A DNA stretch of 63,580 bases, the filler included. It is 8 parts of 8 records of this genome, joined end to end, with 100 filler letters (N's around TTAATTAATTAA, not from the genome) between each part and the next. Parts side by side here need not be neighbours in the genome. Positions count along the whole stretch, not along the records: positions 16,877 to 22,013 come from SRR31147125_28026; positions 22,114 to 35,121 come from SRR31147125_28027; 6 more parts are not named here. One strand, 5' to 3'. The notes below the pieces were generated by a model. It made no database searches, had not been told where the DNA came from, and was given only the letters and a program-made list of their open reading frames with translations. Of this stretch, positions 20,252-31,759 are shown piece after piece (within the stretch, counting starts at the first letter, position 1; each line of letters starts with the position of its first letter). The position numbers were made by a program, and so were the translations under genes.

Positions 20252-21209
20252 GATAACGATTTTGAGTTCACGGTCGATCATATTTAAGGATGTTTCAATC
20301 TCGTTTTTGACAAGCCACTCGCCCATTTCAGTTGTCAAGGATGTTGAACTTGATTTAAGGGAGGGCAGGGTCACGGGATTGATAGGTGAATCCGGTAGTG
20401 GAAAAACCATACTCGGTATGTCCATTCTTCAGCTTCTTCCGAAAAATGCGGTAACAACAGGCCGTATATATTACCGGGAAAACGATATACTGACATTTCA
20501 AGAGGAGATGCTCCAACACCTGAGGCATAAAGAAATTGCACTGATTCCCCAAAATCCCGGTACGTCCCTTGATCCGGTTATGACCGTGGGTCGACAGATT
20601 GGCGAAGCGCTGTTTCCGACAAAAGCAGATGAAAAAAGATTTGTAACCGGTAAGATTGGATCAATATTGGAAAAAATTAATAGAAGCCATACCCGTATTC
20701 ATCCCTCTCACTATCCTTTTGAATTGAGCGGAGGGATGAAACAGCGCGTCCTCACGGCCATGGGAATTTGCAGGAATCCTAAGTGGCTCATTGCAGATGA
20801 GCCGACCAAAGGGCTTGATGCCTGCCTCAGAAAAGAGATCGGCAAGGTGTTCTGTGATCTACACGATTCAACCGGATGCGGTATTGTGATGATTACCCAT
20901 GATCTTCTGTTGGCGGAAAGCCTGTGCGATCATATGGTTGCAATGTATTGCGGGGAGGTGATCGAAACGGCTCCGGTGAAAGACTATTTTTCAAATCCGG
21001 CTCATCCCTATTCCAAAGCATTGTTGAACGCCTTACCTCGGGGAGGATTTATTCCCATTCCAGGCGAGTCTCCATCAGTCACCGCTCCCCCTGAGGGGTG
21101 CCGGTTCCATCCCAGATGCCCTGTGAAAACGCCCTGCTGTCCGTCAACCCCCCCAATGCTGCACCAAATAGAAGGGGACCGAACCGTGAGATGTCACCAT
21201 TATGCTTAG
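20235..21209 (+). CDS. ABC transporter ATP-binding protein (DppD-like)
   Basis: GESGSGKT, LSGGMKQR, IADEPT, HPYSKALL, GCRFHPRC. Confidence 0.92.
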   Translation: MPFKDRITILSSRSIIFKDVSISFLTSHSPISVVKDVELDLREGRVTGLIGESGSGKTILGMSILQLLPKNAVTTGRIYYRENDILTFQEEMLQHLRHKEIALIPQNPGTSLDPVMTVGRQIGEALFPTKADEKRFVTGKIGSILEKINRSHTRIHPSHYPFELSGGMKQRVLTAMGICRNPKWLIADEPTKGLDACLRKEIGKVFCDLHDSTGCGIVMITHDLLLAESLCDHMVAMYCGEVIETAPVKDYFSNPAHPYSKALLNALPRGGFIPIPGESPSVTAPPEGCRFHPRCPVKTPCCPSTPPMLHQIEGDRTVRCHHYA

Positions 21210-21956
21210 GGTGTCACACATAACAAAATCATTTTACAGAGGGATGTTTCCTCCGATCCGGGTACGTGCCGTCCATGATGTCGGTTTTTCCATCCAAAAG
21301 GGAGAAACCCTTGGACTTGTCGGAGAGAGCGGATGCGGCAAATCAACACTGTCTCGGATCATTATGGGGTTGATTCCTCCAGATCACGGCACCATTTTGC
21401 TGGGAAATAAGACAATCTCACGGTTAAAGGGGGAGCGCTCAGGAATGTGAGAAGAAAAATTCAAATCGTTTTTCAAAATCCTTTTTCCTCATTTGATCCC
21501 CTGCGAAAGGTAAAGCAGAGCCTTCTCGAGCCGCTGATCATCCATGGGGCAATGCCATCCGATCATGAGGGGCGATTGAGAGAAGTGACCCATAACGTCG
21601 GACTTCCTTTTGAAATCATGGATCGGTATCCCCATCAGGTCAGTGGGGGAGAGTTGCAGCGTGCCGCCATTGCAAGGGCTCTTATTCTCAATCCGGATGT
21701 GTTGATTCTTGATGAGCCGACCTCCATGCTGGATGTGTCGATACAGGCAACCATTCTCAACCTGCTTAAAACGATTCAGAACGCATCCAAGGTGAGTTTT
21801 TTGTTTATTTCCCACGATCCGGCTGTTGTTGCATTTATGAGTGATACCATTGCGGTGATGAAAAAAGGCGAACTGTTGGAAATCGGTACGAAAAATCAGA
21901 TTTTTACGAATCCCGAAAATGAGTATACCAGGCGATTACTTGAGCAGAGTTTATGA
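21202..21956 (+). CDS. ABC transporter ATP-binding protein (DppF/NikE-like), apparent frameshift in G-run 21429-21433
   Basis: GESGCGKS in the first frame; one extra G gives RLKGGALRNVRRKIQIVFQ, then VSGGELQR and ILDEPTS. Confidence 0.88.
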
Positions 21957-22013
21957 CGATCATGGCAGGGTATCTCTTCCGGGACTTATATTTTCAAAAA
22001 ACCTGATGTCAGG

Positions 22014-22113
22014 NNNNNNNNNNNNNNNNNNNNNNNNNNNNNNNNNNNNNNNNNNNNTTAATTAATTAANNNNNNNNNNNNNNNNNNNNNNNNNNNNNNN
22101 NNNNNNNNNNNNN
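22014..22113. other. Artificial contig linker
   Basis: N-run with TTAATTAATTAA. Confidence 0.99.
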
Positions 22114-23421
22114 TGGGAAGGGACCTTGCTTATTGATCCCATGTTACGAATGTACCAAATCGATGGTCAGACCAAATATCTAGAGTGGACGCGATGGGTT
22201 ATCAGCAATATAGATAAATGGAGTGGCCATGATGCCTTTTCCCGGCTGGATCAGGTGGCAGCTGGCACCATGGGCATACATGAAGTCCAGCCATATGTAC
22301 ATGCGCATACATTCCATATGAATTTCCTCGGTTTTCTAAGAATGTATCAGATAACGGGAGAGGAATCTTATCTGAAAAAAGTGCAAGGCGCCTGGCATGA
22401 CATTGCCAGCCGTCAAATGTATATTACAGGAGGCGTTAGCGTAGGAGAACACTATGAACCGAATAACAATTTACCAATCGTGGGTCATGTTGTTGAAACA
22501 TGTGCCAGTATGTCATGGATAGAATTATCACAATACCTGCTGGAACTTAGTGAGGATCCAGTTTATGCGGATGCAATTGAAAAACTCCTGTTAAATCATC
22601 TTTTTGCGGCACAAACAGTTGATGGCGATTGTAACCGCTATTTCACACCTTTGAACGGTGTCAAGCCAAAATCTTATTTTCACGGACCTGATTGTTGCAC
22701 TGGAAGTGGTCACCGGATTGTAGCCAGGATTCCATCTCTTATTTACGCTCTCGGGAAAAATACAATTTACGTTAATCAGTATTTACCTTCCTCACTTGAA
22801 ACTAATTTGAATTCAAAATTCTCCGTTATCCTGGTACAGGAAACAGAGTATCCGTCCAGCGATAAAATTATTTTGAAAATAAGCCCTGACAAGAAAAGCA
22901 TGTTTTCATTGAAACTTCGCATTCCGGCCTGGTGTAAAAATGCTTCTGTCAAAGTCAACGGCGTCGAAATGGATAACATTGTTTCCGGTACTTATGCAGT
23001 CATTGAAAGAGAATGGCAATCCGGCGACCAGGTCGAGTTGAACCTGCCAATGACAATAGAATGGATCGCCGGTGAATATAATACTGCTGGCTTGTGGGCT
23101 CTTCGCCGAGGTCCGGTTGTATACTCACTTGATACTATTTGGTGGGAAAAGTTCCATGCACATTCGAGAGAGTTGCCTGAAAATCTGGCCGAGTTTGTAA
23201 CTGTCGATGTAAAAGCCGAACCTGTTGAATCTGAAGCGCCGGCCGGAACATTAGGACCCGCTCTGACTGTTCCAGTTAAAACGAAGAATAGCTCGGTATT
23301 AACCGCTCCCATGCTCCCGTTTGCCAATACAGGTGTCTGGTATCGTAATCCTGTCACCAGGCCTGATAAACAAAGTGCTGCTTTTGCCTATGCAGTATGG
23401 CTGCCAGCACGAAAATATTAA
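22114..23421 (+). CDS. GH127-family (beta-L-arabinofuranosidase-like) hydrolase, 3' part
   Basis: HAHTF, MYITGGVSVGEH, ETCASMSW, DCCTGSG, LRIPAW, RGPVVY. Confidence 0.85.
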   Translation, partial: WEGTLLIDPMLRMYQIDGQTKYLEWTRWVISNIDKWSGHDAFSRLDQVAAGTMGIHEVQPYVHAHTFHMNFLGFLRMYQITGEESYLKKVQGAWHDIASRQMYITGGVSVGEHYEPNNNLPIVGHVVETCASMSWIELSQYLLELSEDPVYADAIEKLLLNHLFAAQTVDGDCNRYFTPLNGVKPKSYFHGPDCCTGSGHRIVARIPSLIYALGKNTIYVNQYLPSSLETNLNSKFSVILVQETEYPSSDKIILKISPDKKSMFSLKLRIPAWCKNASVKVNGVEMDNIVSGTYAVIEREWQSGDQVELNLPMTIEWIAGEYNTAGLWALRRGPVVYSLDTIWWEKFHAHSRELPENLAEFVTVDVKAEPVESEAPAGTLGPALTVPVKTKNSSVLTAPMLPFANTGVWYRNPVTRPDKQSAAFAYAVWLPARKY

Positions 23422-23530
23422 CTGATTAACAGGGATTACTGGTTCTCAATGTTTCGTAACGATGGATTTTTACCGGGCCTTTCTGTGATCCCGGTGTTTT
23501 TATATTCTATTTTGTAAAAGGAGTTATTTC

Positions 23531-25102
23531 GTGCGAATTAGAAATATTGCTGCACTTTTGATATTACTATATACATTATTACTACCGGCTCAAAGTAATC
23601 GAATAGAAAAATGGGGTATTTTTGAGCTGCAATTGCAGGGTTCAGAAGCAGGCAATCCATTTATAGGTGTTGAATTCAGTGCTGTGTTTCGGAATGGTGA
23701 TTCTGTATATGAATCGGATGGTTTTTATGATGGAAACGGTATATACAAAATACGTTTTATGCCGGGCAAGGAGGGTCTCTGGACCTACGAAACCATAAGT
23801 AACAAGGAAGAACTTGACGGTCAAAAAGGGCAGTTCATCTGCATTCCGCCCAATAAAAAGAATCGTGGACCCATGCGCATTCGTAACAAGTACCATTTTG
23901 CCTATGAAGACGGCACGCCATTTTATCCATTTGGGACGACACTTTACGAATGGGCTTTTCAACCGCGCGAACGCCAGGAACGGACCCTTAAAACACTGCA
24001 AAGCTCACCGTTTAACAAAGTCCGTTTTCTTCTTGTACCTCCCTATAAAGAACGATATATAAGTGGCCCCGAAGCGCTTGATACCTTTCCATTTCCTGGC
24101 ACATCAAAGGAGAATTGGGATTTTTCGCGTTTTAATACCGTCTATTTTCAGCAGTTTGAAGAAAAAATAGTTCATTTGCTGGATATGGGAATTGAAGCTG
24201 ACCTGATTTTATTTCGTCCGTATGACAACGGTAAATGGGGATTTGATAGAATGGATGCAGAGACAAACGATCGTTTTCTACGTTATGTGGTCGCACGGTT
24301 TGCTGCCTATCGAAATGTCTGGTGGTGTCTGGCCAATGAAAACAGTTTTATGCGGCACTTGACAACGGCTGATTGGGATCGGTTATTTCAAATTGTACAG
24401 GAAAAGGATCCATACCAGCACCTTCGCTCCATTCATAATGCGGGGATACTTTATGATTACACAAAACCCTGGGTGACACATGTGAGTCTGCAATATTACA
24501 ATGCGGTGCGAGAGTTTGGAGCGTCCACCCTGGTGAGGGATATTTATCGAAAACCTGTCGTACATGATGAAATCAATTATGAAGGTAATATTGCCAAGCG
24601 ATGGGGACAGCTAACCGGGGAAGAAATGGTCTATCGTTTTTGGTTGGCCTATATCGGCGGCACTTATGCCAGTCACGGTGAGGCCATCCAACACGAATCC
24701 GACATTGATTGGATTTCAGAAGGTGGTCTTCTTCGCGGAAAAAGTCCTTCCCGGATTGCTTTTTTACGGCACATTGTGGAAAGTGGCCCGGACGAAGGTC
24801 TGGAGCCTTTGGATCATTATTATCTTCGCAACGTGGCAGGCAAATATGGAGAATACTATCTCTATTATTTTGGCAAGGAAACACCAAAAGAATGGGAGTT
24901 CAAACTACCTGATGAGGCTCTCAAGGAGGGAGAAAAGTTTCAGCTGGAGCTGATTGATACATGGAACATGACCATTAGCCCGGTAAAAGGCATTTTTGAG
25001 GTTGTAAGATTGAATAATTATGAATATTGCGATAAAAATAAATCACGAATCAAAATGTCCGGCAAACCCTATATGGCTATACGCATCCGCAAAATCGAGT
25101 AA
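23531..25102 (+). CDS. DUF5060/DUF4038/DUF5605 (apiosidase-like TIM-barrel) secreted protein
   Basis: Signal peptide; GFYDG..YKIRFMP, F.YEDGTPF, FNKVR, RFAAYRNVWWCLANE, SIHN, DEINYEG, IDTWNMT. Confidence 0.8.
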   Translation: MRIRNIAALLILLYTLLLPAQSNRIEKWGIFELQLQGSEAGNPFIGVEFSAVFRNGDSVYESDGFYDGNGIYKIRFMPGKEGLWTYETISNKEELDGQKGQFICIPPNKKNRGPMRIRNKYHFAYEDGTPFYPFGTTLYEWAFQPRERQERTLKTLQSSPFNKVRFLLVPPYKERYISGPEALDTFPFPGTSKENWDFSRFNTVYFQQFEEKIVHLLDMGIEADLILFRPYDNGKWGFDRMDAETNDRFLRYVVARFAAYRNVWWCLANENSFMRHLTTADWDRLFQIVQEKDPYQHLRSIHNAGILYDYTKPWVTHVSLQYYNAVREFGASTLVRDIYRKPVVHDEINYEGNIAKRWGQLTGEEMVYRFWLAYIGGTYASHGEAIQHESDIDWISEGGLLRGKSPSRIAFLRHIVESGPDEGLEPLDHYYLRNVAGKYGEYYLYYFGKETPKEWEFKLPDEALKEGEKFQLELIDTWNMTISPVKGIFEVVRLNNYEYCDKNKSRIKMSGKPYMAIRIRKIE

Positions 25103-25542
25103 TTGGTCTGATCAGCAAAGATTGTTTTGCAATAATAATATTATGGTCTGTTATTTCCATGTTTCATATAATTATCTATGATAATACGTTTTATCCTGGA
25201 CTTTTTTGGTAATGTCTGAATATTGGAGTTTAAGCAAAAATTAATTTGTTTTGATTTATGTAAATTATTATATTTTTCACTCAATATACAATATATACCC
25301 GGGTTGCATTTGATATAGATGAACACTTTTTTTGCATCCGGATGAAATCATAAATCCATATGTTCTTGTTTTCGAATACAAAATCCTGCCTTTATATTTA
25401 ATTTATCACACACAATTTTTTTGAAAAAATAGTCGTTACAATAATAGATATCTATTTACATTATCGGCGTAGTTCTATTAATTCATGAATGATGTTAGTA
25501 TAGTGTTGTCCCTTCATGTAATGGGAAAGGAGAGGTAGCTCT

Positions 25543-28419
25543 ATGAAGACGAGATATGTTATACTGCTAGTCGTATTTTCTGTTTTCTGTATTTTTTCGG
25601 CTCATGCTGCTCTGGCTCATTCGATAACAGGAACCGTCATTCATGAATCTGATGGCTCGCCAATCGTTAATACGCGGGTTTATGTGTGTAATCAACAGGG
25701 AAATTATATTTTCCCACTTGCAGGTACCACGCAAGCAGACGGAACCTATTCTATTCCGGGTATTGAAACAGGCCAATACTATATTCACGCAGAAGGTGTG
25801 ATCGGCAGATGGCAGGAGGCAAAAGAGTTATTTAACGAATCCTGGTATCCCGGTTCTCCCAATTTGGAAGGTGCCACCTTTTTATCCATAACAGAAGATA
25901 AGCAAAATATCGATTTTGTCCTCAGTGGACATTATATCCTGGGAACTGTAAAGGAGGCAGGAACGGATAGTGCCATCCCCTTTCAGGACATCCGAGTATA
26001 TAATTCTGACTGGCAGGAAATAAACTGCCCGGGATTTCTTAACGAATATGGAGAGTATTTTATGGGGCGGTTGCCGGCAGGGCGTTATTATGTGGGTACA
26101 ACAGACTTTCCCTATTTTCCACAATACTATAACCAGGTATCTGAAAGGGCTGATGCCACTTTGCTCGATCTCGAAAACAATATCGGCCTGACGGATATCA
26201 ATTTTTTATTGGAATCCGGTATTAGTCTTTCCGGCAGAGTAACAGATACAAATGGATCCCCTGTGGCAAAAACCGAGGTGGTATTATTGACTCAAGCATC
26301 AAATCAGTGGTGGGGCAATGGTGCAGGTAGTTATGATATAACGGATAGTAATGGCTATTATACTTTACCGGCCATCGCACCCGGTACTTACTATCTTATC
26401 GCTACGGGCGTGGTTTATAAAGAACATATGCATGACGGAACGCAGGTGTATTCTCCGATTTTCTACGATAACACAAATGAGCCTGAAAACGCGACCCCTG
26501 TTACCATAGAAGAAAGCCTGACCGGTTATGATTTCACTTTGGAAAAAGGCCTCAGTATTTCAGGACAGGTTGTCCAACTAAATGACGGTGCGCCTGTTAA
26601 AAATGCTGAAATCTGTCTCTTGCGCCCGGATGGGGAAGGAATTATTTTAAAGTTTACAGATGAGAATGGTCAGTTTCAGTTTGGCGGGTTAATATCGGGT
26701 GATTATGTTATAAAGGTTACTGGCGGTATCAATACGGATCAAGTAACTCAATACGTGTATCTCCCTATATATTATGAGAACGCAACAAATCTTGAATCTG
26801 CCACGATTATTCACCTTGATGATAATCTGTCAGGAATTATATTTGAAATGCAGGAAGGTTTTTCTGTTTCCGGCAGAATAACGGAAACGGATGGCTCACC
26901 TGTTGAAAATACCGAGGTAGTTCTGCTGACCCAGGCGTCTTTGGGATGGTGGAATTTTGGTACCGGTAGTTCTGACAAAACGGATAATAACGGTTATTAC
27001 ACTTTGCCGGCCATCGCACCTGGTACATATTATATTATTGCTACGGGTACTGTATTTGAGCAAAATATGCATCAGGGAACTCGGGTATATTCACCGGTTT
27101 TTTACGACAACACACAGGAACCTGAAAATGCAACCCCGGTTACCATTGAAGAGAGCCTGACCGGTTATGATTTTGTTTTAAAAAAAGGTCTCAGTATTTC
27201 CGGGCAGGTTGTTCTGAAAAATGATGGTGCGCCTGTTAAAAACGCCAATATCTACCTTTTGTGTCCGGATGGGGAAGAGATTATTTTAAAGTTTACAGAT
27301 GAGGATGGTCAGTTTCAGTTTGCGGGATTACAATCAGGGGATTATGTTATAAAGGTCTCCGGTGAAATAAATACGGAACAAGGGCCACAATGGTTGTATT
27401 CTGAGCAATATTATAAAAACGCAACAAGCCTTGAATCTGCCACGATTATTCATCTGACAGAGAATCTGACAGGAATCTTGATTGAAATGACGGAGGGTTT
27501 TTCTATTTCCGGATGCGTCACCTGCCAGACGGATAATAAACCCCTGCAGGATGTGGAAGTGAGTTTGTTGACACCGTCCAATGAACCTGTTCAGTATATA
27601 AGAACCGATGAAAACGGTTATTACATTTTTAGTCAGTTACCTGCCGGAGAGTATGTTCTTTTTGCCTGGCCATTTGATGTTCCTATGTATAAAGGCGAGT
27701 ATTATCAGGAATCTTCCACCTTTGAAGGTGCGACCAAACTGAATGTGACAGAAAATACGACTAATGTGGATTTTACACTGGAACCGGAAAACTGTGTTTA
27801 TGGACATATAACTCGTCTGGATAACGGGGAAAACGTTGCCGAGGCGCAGATTCTTCTTTTTGATGCAACTTGGTCGCAGGCAGCTGATGCACGGGCTACC
27901 CTGCAGGGATTTTATGTTGCTGTTGTACCTCCCGGTGATTATTATGTTAAATTTACCGGTTGTGTTTACTGGGATTTTGGCGATTATTGTTGGTGGAACC
28001 AGTTATATCATCCACGCTATTACCCTGGAGTTCATGATAGTCTGGATGCGCAACTCGTTCACGTTGATAGCCAAACGCAGATTGATTTGGCAGTAAAGGA
28101 TATTAATGCGTCTGTAAAAGATGCTGATCCGGTGGTTACGCATGGATTTCAATTACATCCCAATTATCCCAATCCGTGCAATCCAGGTACTACGATACGA
28201 TACGAGTTACCAAAGTCCATGGATATTCATCTTGCTATTTTCAATTCGCTTGGTCAAAAAGTAAAAGCGTTAAAACAAGGATTTCACCCGGCCGGATCTT
28301 TTTCCGTAAAATGGGATGGCAGAGATGAGCATGGACAATCGCTTTCATGCGGTATCTATATTGGTCTGATGCAGGCGGGAGATTTTAAACAGTCAATAAA
28401 GTTGTTATTATTGCAATAA
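25543..28419 (+). CDS. Secreted protein with tandem carboxypeptidase-regulatory-like (SdrD B/CnaB-type) domains and a C-terminal sorting (FlgD-Ig/T9SS-like) domain
   Basis: Signal peptide; repeated ISG.V...TD.NG.Y...PG.Y...YY.N....A..I units; LHPNYPNPCNPGTTIRYEL...WDGRDE.G...GIY. Confidence 0.8.
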   Translation: MKTRYVILLVVFSVFCIFSAHAALAHSITGTVIHESDGSPIVNTRVYVCNQQGNYIFPLAGTTQADGTYSIPGIETGQYYIHAEGVIGRWQEAKELFNESWYPGSPNLEGATFLSITEDKQNIDFVLSGHYILGTVKEAGTDSAIPFQDIRVYNSDWQEINCPGFLNEYGEYFMGRLPAGRYYVGTTDFPYFPQYYNQVSERADATLLDLENNIGLTDINFLLESGISLSGRVTDTNGSPVAKTEVVLLTQASNQWWGNGAGSYDITDSNGYYTLPAIAPGTYYLIATGVVYKEHMHDGTQVYSPIFYDNTNEPENATPVTIEESLTGYDFTLEKGLSISGQVVQLNDGAPVKNAEICLLRPDGEGIILKFTDENGQFQFGGLISGDYVIKVTGGINTDQVTQYVYLPIYYENATNLESATIIHLDDNLSGIIFEMQEGFSVSGRITETDGSPVENTEVVLLTQASLGWWNFGTGSSDKTDNNGYYTLPAIAPGTYYIIATGTVFEQNMHQGTRVYSPVFYDNTQEPENATPVTIEESLTGYDFVLKKGLSISGQVVLKNDGAPVKNANIYLLCPDGEEIILKFTDEDGQFQFAGLQSGDYVIKVSGEINTEQGPQWLYSEQYYKNATSLESATIIHLTENLTGILIEMTEGFSISGCVTCQTDNKPLQDVEVSLLTPSNEPVQYIRTDENGYYIFSQLPAGEYVLFAWPFDVPMYKGEYYQESSTFEGATKLNVTENTTNVDFTLEPENCVYGHITRLDNGENVAEAQILLFDATWSQAADARATLQGFYVAVVPPGDYYVKFTGCVYWDFGDYCWWNQLYHPRYYPGVHDSLDAQLVHVDSQTQIDLAVKDINASVKDADPVVTHGFQLHPNYPNPCNPGTTIRYELPKSMDIHLAIFNSLGQKVKALKQGFHPAGSFSVKWDGRDEHGQSLSCGIYIGLMQAGDFKQSIKLLLLQ
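26218..27495 (+). repeat. Intragenic tandem duplication, two copies of 639 bp
   Basis: 26218-26856 and 26857-27495 share long near-identical stretches (e.g. CCGGCCATCGCACC, GTTACCAT.GAAGA.AGCCTGACCGGTTATGATTT). Confidence 0.85.
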
Positions 28420-28445
28420 GTTGTCATCCGATTTATATTGAGAAA

Positions 28446-28486
28446 AATCCGGCAGGAATTTCTGACTTGAGAATTCCTGCCGGATT
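28446..28486. terminator. Probable bidirectional terminator between convergent genes
   Basis: Perfect 15-bp inverted repeat AATCCGGCAGGAATT...AATTCCTGCCGGATT. Confidence 0.8.
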
Positions 28487-28554
28487 ATATTTCTATTACG
28501 CGGACCAAATTTTCGGCCCCAATAGTGCAAATAAAGCTGATATAAATATTTTTT

Positions 28555-31500
28555 CTATTTTATCAACAGACATTTACCCATACATATACCATCTACTGAC
28601 TCTAATCGGTAAAAATAAAGTCCGGAACTCATCTTTGCAGCATTCCATTTTACTTCATAGGTGCCGGTATTATGCGTTTCATCGACAAGCCTGCTCACTA
28701 ATTCTCCCTTGGAATTATATAAAGAGATTCGAACGTTACCTTTTTCTTTCACGTTATAATGTATGACTGTTTCTGCGTTAAAGGGATTCGGGTAATTGTT
28801 AATGAGTTCATAATCTGTAACAGGGGTTTCCTTTTCGGTTTTATTTGCTATGCTTGTTGGTCTGGAACCTGTTGCGTACCATATGGGATATCGGACCGGA
28901 TAAATCCACTCCTGCACGGAATTCTGGTCAGCATTCAGGGCGTCTTGCATGTTTATGAGTGATAGATATGGTACACCTTCCTCGTCTTCATCCTGAAATA
29001 CTATTTTCTGATCATCCGGCGAAAAGCAGGGGTGACCAAACATGTATTCATTTTGATAGATAAAACCAAAGTCCCCACTGAAAAGGTCATAAGTATACAT
29101 AGAATATCCCGGATTGTAAATATCCGTATAATCCATAACATCAAAAGTGATAACGTTATCACGCGTACTTGAAAAGGAGGGATTGCCAACAGAAATGTTT
29201 TCGTCAGGCTGGAACAAGCCAATGATCGCATCTTCCTGAGCGTTCGTCAGATAGACACCCCACATTTCTGATTCATAGCCATATTGGTCTGTAATGTAAT
29301 AACTGCAATCGTAAAGCAGCCAACCACCCTCAATGGACCAATCCAGAATATCCGCGTAATTGGCCGTGATAGAAGAATTATCTTCGCTTGTTGTCGGAAT
29401 GTAAAGCTCGCGAATGATCGTTTGCTCGCTGGCCATATCCAATATGCCGATGACCGAGGGATATAAATCCGGATCCGGAACCATGGCTATATAATCTGCT
29501 TTAGGTGAGATGGCAATGTTATGCCAGAAATTATCATCCGTTATAACGTAATTCTGCGCCTCTGTTACATCATAGAGGTTGACGTTACCATCAAAGTCGA
29601 TGTAAGCGATGATAGAACCATCCTCGGTAATAGATGGTTTGTTATCCGTATATATCTCATGACTTATTAGATAGTCGCTCTGGTAAGGTATATTGGGTAT
29701 GACACTCAGGATCTCATTCGATTCCTCAAGCACCATCAAAACAAACTGATCGCCGGAAACCGGATTGTTCGGTGGAGCCGGTTCTGTGTTGTTGCCGTCA
29801 TATATTTCGACCCCGTCAAATGCCTGCCCCACAAGTGCCGGTATATCGGTATTCGGATAAAGATCATTAGCCGCCTGAATCGCTGCCAGGCGAAGATCAA
29901 TAAACTGGGATCGTCGCGTCAGATAGTGGATATACGCCCGGTAAATGATTTTTTCCAATTCACTCCGGCTCATGACCGTAGACATCAGGTAAAAGGCATG
30001 TCCCGGAATGGTGCTGTTTCGATGCACACCACCGTTATCCTGCTCAATGGTCAGATCATAGTATTCGGACATTTTAGCTGGATAGTGGGATGTCATAGAC
30101 CTGGAATTATGCGGATTGGACAAATCACGCAAACACGTATATTCTGATGATGCCGGGACAAGATCCTCTGCCAGGAGCCAGTTCGCATTTTGTGGATCTG
30201 TAAAATAGGAAGCCATGATACCGCCGAAATCGCTGAACGCCTCATTCAGCGCACCGGATTGAAACTGGTATTCCAGGTTTGAGCTATTTTGGGTGATACC
30301 ATGCGAGTATTCATGTGCGACAATATCAAAATCACCAGCCCAATCCAAAAAAGTCGATCCATCGCCATTACCAAAGCAGAAAAGTTTTAATCCACCGCTC
30401 CAAAAGGCATTATTATAGTTGTTACCCATATTTACAATGCCTTTGATATTATGCCTTTCATCATCCAGAGATGTACGCCCATGCACTGTTTTATAATAGT
30501 CATAGGTTTTGGATAAATAATAAGCCAGAGACACCGCGTTCGCTGGCCACTGGTTCGTCGTGTTTGACGCTACATAATAATAATAGTTAAAGTCATCTAT
30601 CTCCACATTTCGAGCATCACTTATCAGCATGATACCGTTCATATCACCGATGGTGTCACCCATATTGCCATCAAACATGTTTTTTTGCGTGTCGAGCATA
30701 TAATACTCGTTTTCAATTTGGTAAATCTCCAGTTGTCGTGTTCTTCCCAACAAGTCCACTCCTGAACCATTTAGAGGTGTACCCGTTTGAATGTTATTGT
30801 AAGAATGTAGAATTTCATTTGTGTTGGCATCGATAAAAATACAATAATCCTGTAAAATTGTGCCTCCCGCTTCGATGTACCATGCACAGTGTGCTTTATT
30901 CCCAAGACCAATATAGATAATTTTTTCAATGTCAAAGACTTTGAGCTTGTCTATTGATACGCCCAATAAACGCGCGGCTCTAATTTTGACTTGTTCCTCG
31001 GAAATGCTAAAGAGCACATTCCCTGCAAGATCTGGTGTAGGATGGTAACGTCCGTTCATACTGCTTAACGTGCCGGCTGCATCAAAATGAAGGTAAAGAT
31101 CGCTTGCCCATACTTTGACACCCTGATAGTATTGCTGATATCGGCTGTGTGTATATCCGAGTCGGTCATTTTTCATTTTGATGAGCACAAGCTCTTCATT
31201 CGGTTTTTCAAGTTGTAAGAGATCACGATTTGAATCGAAAAAATCGCGGGCTGTCTCGATAAAATAAGCTTCGGGTTGCTTTTTTGCCAGCGCCATCCCC
31301 TTATCTTGATTAAAGGTCATAAAAGCTGGTGTATTGTTGTCCTTGTTCCAGCGAATAGAATAATGGTTTTTATTGCTCTGTTGATCAATAGCTCTTCTCA
31401 GGTTGCTGTTGGTATGAATTTTATGATTCTGTACGAGTGAACGTGAACTTTGATTAGCCGCTTGACGAATGGTACTCAGTTTGTTCAAAACAGCATTTAT

Positions 31501-31721
31501 ATCTGAATAGAGCGCGCTCTCGGACAGGATTGGTTCTTTTTTTGTGTCGTCTTTTCTGTTTTGTGGCGTGTGAATTTGTTTTCAGCTCGAAGCGTGTTTT
31601 CAGTTGATTTAACAGGAGTCTTTTTTACAGATACAGCTTTTACTGTTTCAGACGGCCCCGCGTACACTGCAATATTCCATGCTGCGATAACTGCAATCAA
31701 AAATATTCTGATTTTTGGCAT
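28555..31721 (-). CDS. M4 (thermolysin/bacillolysin) metallopeptidase preproenzyme with TolB-like propeller and C-terminal sorting domain; apparent frameshift at 31537-31543
   Basis: Signal peptide in the 31497-31721 ORF joins 28555-31488 with one extra A; FTP (DRLGYTHSRYQQYYQGVKV), PepSY (IFIDANT.EIL), NNAFW, HEYSH, GALNEAFSD, DNGGVHRNS; NYPNPFN CTD. Confidence 0.88.
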
Positions 31722-31759
31722 AATTTATCCTCCCTGATGCAATTAATTTATTGTCAATG

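Noticed and set aside
14971-22013. pylB operon continuing into the Nik/Dpp ABC transporter
   Set aside because: Linker at 16777-16876; no evidence they are adjacent.
25103-25542. AT-rich 440-bp intergenic region with a 61-aa ORF
   Set aside because: No repeats, structured-RNA signature or coding-like features I could support.
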